From NCBI GenBank assembly GCA_028868715.1, contig JAGWUB010000001.1:247206-311205 (forward strand): 64,000 nt of DNA, given 5' to 3'. Under the pieces are notes generated by a model. That model had not been told where the DNA came from and did no database searches. It saw only the letters and a program-made list of their open reading frames with translations. This stretch comes from Patescibacteria group bacterium (GTDB lineage Bacteria; Patescibacteriota; Minisyncoccia; Phycocordibacterales; UBA9973). The position numbers and the translations under genes were made by a program. Below are positions 60,876 through 64,000 of this stretch, piece by piece (the stretch's first letter is position 1; every line of letters starts with the position of its first letter).

Positions 60876-61886
60876 ATGTTAAATCCAGATTTAAAATTAA
60901 ATCCAAAAATTTTCAATGACGATGTCGCGCAAGCACCGATCCGAAAAGGCTTCGGGGAGGGGTTAGTTTTAGCTGGGGATCAGGATAAAAATGTAGTGGC
61001 CCTTTGCGCCGATTTGACCGAGTCCACCCAAATGATTTTTTTTAAAGAAAAGTTTCCAGAGAGATTTGTGGAAATTGGTGTGGCTGAACAAAATCTCGTT
61101 ACGGTTGCTTCTGGGATGGCAGCAATGGGCAAAATTCCTTTTTGTTCTTCTTATGCGATGTTTTCTCCGGGGAGAAATTGGGAACAAATCAGGACAACCA
61201 TAGCTTACAACGACCGACCGGTAAAAATAATTGGTTCACATGCGGGTATTTCTGTCGGACCGGATGGTGGCACACATCAAGCCCTGGAAGACATTGCTCT
61301 CATGCGCGTGGTACCAAACATGGAAGTCATTTCTCCTTGTGATTCAATTGAAGCCAAAAAAGCAACTCAAGCAATTACCAAAACTGGCAAACCAGCATAT
61401 TTACGACTAGCTAGAGAGAAAACTCCCATAGTCACCACAGAAGAAACTCCATTTACGCTTGGCAAGGCCGAAGTTTATTGGATGCCAGATGTGGGCATTC
61501 CTCAGGTAGGAATAATAGTAACTGGTGGGTTGATGCATCGGGCCCTACTCGCTGCTAAAGAATTACAAGACCAAGAGGAGCCACAGCGAATTAAAACAAA
61601 AGTAATGAATCTTTCATGCATCAAGCCGATAGATGTGAAAGCTATTGTGGCTTTAGCAAAAGAATGTAAAGCAATCGTAACTGTGGAGGAGCATCAAGTT
61701 GCTGGTGGAATGGGATCGGTAGTAGCAGAGGTACTCTCGCAAAATTTTCCGGTGCCGATGGAATTTGTCGGCGTGCAAGATAAGTTTGGGCAAAGCGGTA
61801 CACCAGACGAACTCATAGAACATTATGGTATGGGAAAAAATTCTATCAAAGAAGCGGTGAGGAAAGTGCTAAAACGAAAAATCTAG
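60876..61886 (+). CDS. Transketolase, C-terminal subunit
   Basis: ADLTES, GVAEQN, GPDGGTHQ, VEEH. Confidence 0.93.
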   Translation: MLNPDLKLNPKIFNDDVAQAPIRKGFGEGLVLAGDQDKNVVALCADLTESTQMIFFKEKFPERFVEIGVAEQNLVTVASGMAAMGKIPFCSSYAMFSPGRNWEQIRTTIAYNDRPVKIIGSHAGISVGPDGGTHQALEDIALMRVVPNMEVISPCDSIEAKKATQAITKTGKPAYLRLAREKTPIVTTEETPFTLGKAEVYWMPDVGIPQVGIIVTGGLMHRALLAAKELQDQEEPQRIKTKVMNLSCIKPIDVKAIVALAKECKAIVTVEEHQVAGGMGSVVAEVLSQNFPVPMEFVGVQDKFGQSGTPDELIEHYGMGKNSIKEAVRKVLKRKI

Positions 61887-61987
61887 GAAAGAGTTTTTAT
61901 AAAGCAATCTATCTGGCGTTGCTACGCCAGCGAACCTGCTCGGGCCGACGCCCTTGCGCAAGACTTTCTAAAAACTCTTTCCTAGAT
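61881..61987. mobile_element. Palindromic element copy bridging two convergent stop codons
   Basis: 23/24-bp arms ATCTAGGAAAGAGTTTTTA(T/G)AAAG; hairpin CTGGCGT-TGCT-ACGCCAG; CTCGG...TGCG core. Mobility is inferred. Confidence 0.7.
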
Positions 61988-62983
61988 CCTATTGGCCTTG
62001 TAGTTTGCAGGTGCGTTTTTTAGATATTCCTCTAGCTTTTCTCTGGATAAAAGTCCTGCTTGAGCACCGACTTTTTGCACTACAGACATAGAATTTACTG
62101 GCCCCCAAGCAAATGCTTCTAGAGGAGATTTTCCCAGAGCGAGTCCTGCTGTAATAGTGGAAGAAAAAGCATCTCCGGCACCAGTGCGCTCTAGTGGTGG
62201 AGCGATGTCAGGATATATTGGGATTTTCCATAGCTCATCATTTAAATATAAATATGCTCCGTTTGGCCCATCGCTAATACAAACTATTTTTGGTCCGAGA
62301 GCCATTAAGCCTTTTGATAAAGTAAGCACGTCTTTGCCTTCAATTCCCAAGATTTTTTCGGCTTCTTCCAGATTGCAGAAAAATATTTCTGTTCGTGCAT
62401 ATATTTCTTTTAATTTTTCTGCACCAAATTTTATTTGAAATGTTCCCGGCTGGAAAGCTAGCTTGGTTTCTGGGTGATTCTTTAAAAATTCTATTATAGC
62501 CAAATGATAGGGCAGGGAATGCTCTGCCAAAGAACTCAAGTAAATCCAGGATATTTTAGGTAATTTTGGAAGTTTGTATTCAAATTCCGTGTGTTTGATT
62601 AAAATTGTTCGATCAATATCGTACCACAAAACATAGTGGTAATTTGTAATTTTGTCTTTTTCAATTGCTATGTATTCTGTCGTTACTTTTTCATTTTTTA
62701 ATGACTCTAAGCAATCATTGCCATGTTTATCATTTCCAATACTGGCCACGAGTCCGACGTTTAGTCCTAGGCGTGAAGCTGAGACTGCCGCATTTGGGCT
62801 ATTGCCAACTGCTGGTACCACGGTTACAGATTCATAGGGAACTTTATCTCCAAAACGAAAACAAAGTTCACACGCATCTGTATCTATTCGGCAATGTACG
62901 TGGGCATCGTTTAATTTTATAAATGCATCTATGACAATGTCTCCAATTGCCAAAAGATCTATTTCACCCTCTTTTTCGTTCAT
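61982..62983 (-). CDS. PfkB-family carbohydrate kinase
   Basis: NAAVSASRLG, SDGPNGA, ERTGAGDAF. Confidence 0.9.
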   Translation of the reverse strand: MNEKEGEIDLLAIGDIVIDAFIKLNDAHVHCRIDTDACELCFRFGDKVPYESVTVVPAVGNSPNAAVSASRLGLNVGLVASIGNDKHGNDCLESLKNEKVTTEYIAIEKDKITNYHYVLWYDIDRTILIKHTEFEYKLPKLPKISWIYLSSLAEHSLPYHLAIIEFLKNHPETKLAFQPGTFQIKFGAEKLKEIYARTEIFFCNLEEAEKILGIEGKDVLTLSKGLMALGPKIVCISDGPNGAYLYLNDELWKIPIYPDIAPPLERTGAGDAFSSTITAGLALGKSPLEAFAWGPVNSMSVVQKVGAQAGLLSREKLEEYLKNAPANYKANRI

Positions 62984-63069
62984 GATATCATTGTACCTCG
63001 CAGTGAAACTTTTGTAAAATTCTATTATATGGTGTAATATAAAAAAATATAAGAAATAATAATAAAAAT

Positions 63070-63867
63070 ATGTCTAAAAAAGTAGTTTTATTTTTAGCGT
63101 TTATTATTCTATTAGCTCCGCGTTGTTTTATTTATGCTAACCTTGAAATAAATGAAGTTATGTACGATCTGCCAAGTGGCAGTGATGACGGTAGGGAGTG
63201 GATTGAAGTTTACAATAATTCCGACAGCGTCGTCGATCTCTCCACTTTTAAATTTTCTGAAGGTACCACTAGCGACAAAATTACAAATCACAAACTCATT
63301 CTCTCGCAAGGTGATGCAAATTTAATTGCGCATAATTACGCACTAATTGTTTCCAATCCAACAAAATTTAAAATTGATTATCCAAATTTTTCCGGAATTA
63401 TTTTTGATTCATCTTTTTCTCTAAATAACACTGGAGAAATTTTAATAATCAAAGACAAAAATTTAAATATCGTCGATCAATATATTTACAATTCTAAAAT
63501 GGGTGCCGCGGGCGACGATAACTCTCTGCAAAAAATTAATGGAGTGTGGCTAGCAACGAAACCGACACCAGGGATGGAAAATAAAATTTTTGTTGCGACT
63601 TCTGCAAAAATATCCGACGCAAATGACACAAAAAATATTCCCAAAGGCACTAAAAATAGAATTTTAGATCCTGCGGAGGTATTGACTCCTACACAAAATT
63701 TATTTGGTAATGTTGTTTCAAGTAATCTCCCAGAAAACAACAATTTTTACATTTTTTTAGCTATTCTTATGGTTATTATTGGCGCTGGTAGTGGAGCAGT
63801 CTATTTTGTCAGGAAAAATAAGGCTATTTCCAAAGAAGGGGATGATTTTGATATCCTTGACGAATAG
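63070..63867 (+). CDS. Lamin-tail-domain surface protein with C-terminal TM
   Basis: INEVMYD, EWIEVYN, LNNTGE, PTPG. Confidence 0.85.
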   Translation: MSKKVVLFLAFIILLAPRCFIYANLEINEVMYDLPSGSDDGREWIEVYNNSDSVVDLSTFKFSEGTTSDKITNHKLILSQGDANLIAHNYALIVSNPTKFKIDYPNFSGIIFDSSFSLNNTGEILIIKDKNLNIVDQYIYNSKMGAAGDDNSLQKINGVWLATKPTPGMENKIFVATSAKISDANDTKNIPKGTKNRILDPAEVLTPTQNLFGNVVSSNLPENNNFYIFLAILMVIIGAGSGAVYFVRKNKAISKEGDDFDILDE

Positions 63868-63933
63868 AATTTATATAATAAAAATCCCTCACTATTAAAG
63901 ACTTAACGGGCGATTTTTAATTTGAATTTTTTC

Positions 63934-63942
63934 TGTGGATAA
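63934..63942 (-). promoter_or_regulatory. Single consensus DnaA box
   Basis: TGTGGATAA (= TTATCCACA) in an intergenic region at the window edge. Confidence 0.4.
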
Positions 63943-64000
63943 CTGTTAGATATGCTGTATATATCATACTATAATATATAACGTATACGAACATATCGCC

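Noticed and set aside
624-63743. Numerous antisense or nested ORFs in the ORF track (e.g. 624-1085, 6115-6660, 28643-29017, 50800-51171)
   Set aside because: They overlap well-supported genes on the other strand or frame and have no recognisable motifs
1-64000. Alternative genetic code (UGA=Gly, as in Gracilibacteria/Absconditabacteria)
   Set aside because: Conserved genes translate full length under the standard code and TGA appears as a plausible stop (mreC)

Overview
AT-rich, gene-dense bacterial chromosome segment. Gene content, compact intergenic spaces, a minimal RNase P RNA and near-leaderless genes point to a Patescibacteria/CPR (Parcubacteria-like) organism; this taxonomy is an inference. 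Core blocks: rpoB(partial)-rpoC-dnaG-rpoD; rpsB-tsf; proS-mreB-mreC-tgt; rnpB; three tRNAs (Thr, Ala, Asn); hpf, fmt-def-hisS-lepB, pth, dnaE; gap-rpiB-rpe-split transketolase; pfkB-family kinase. An accessory stretch (~21.8-49.8 kb) holds two ECF sigma/anti-sigma pairs with matching ECF-type promoters, a MarR-HlyD-MFS efflux unit, a flavinylation electron-transfer module with a frameshifted apbE, mgtA and a GH130/mannose cluster. Main candidate discovery: a family of ~100-125 nt palindromic elements. Copies sit in frame inside fmt, def and probably tgt, and one sits between the convergent transketolase and pfkB stop codons. The long outer inverted arms differ in every copy. The core is conserved: CGCA..GAC..CCGAG plus a 7-bp hairpin with compensatory changes and a TG(C/G)T loop. 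Also found: an unannotated 42-aa very basic protein and a candidate ~85-nt sRNA downstream of rnpB.
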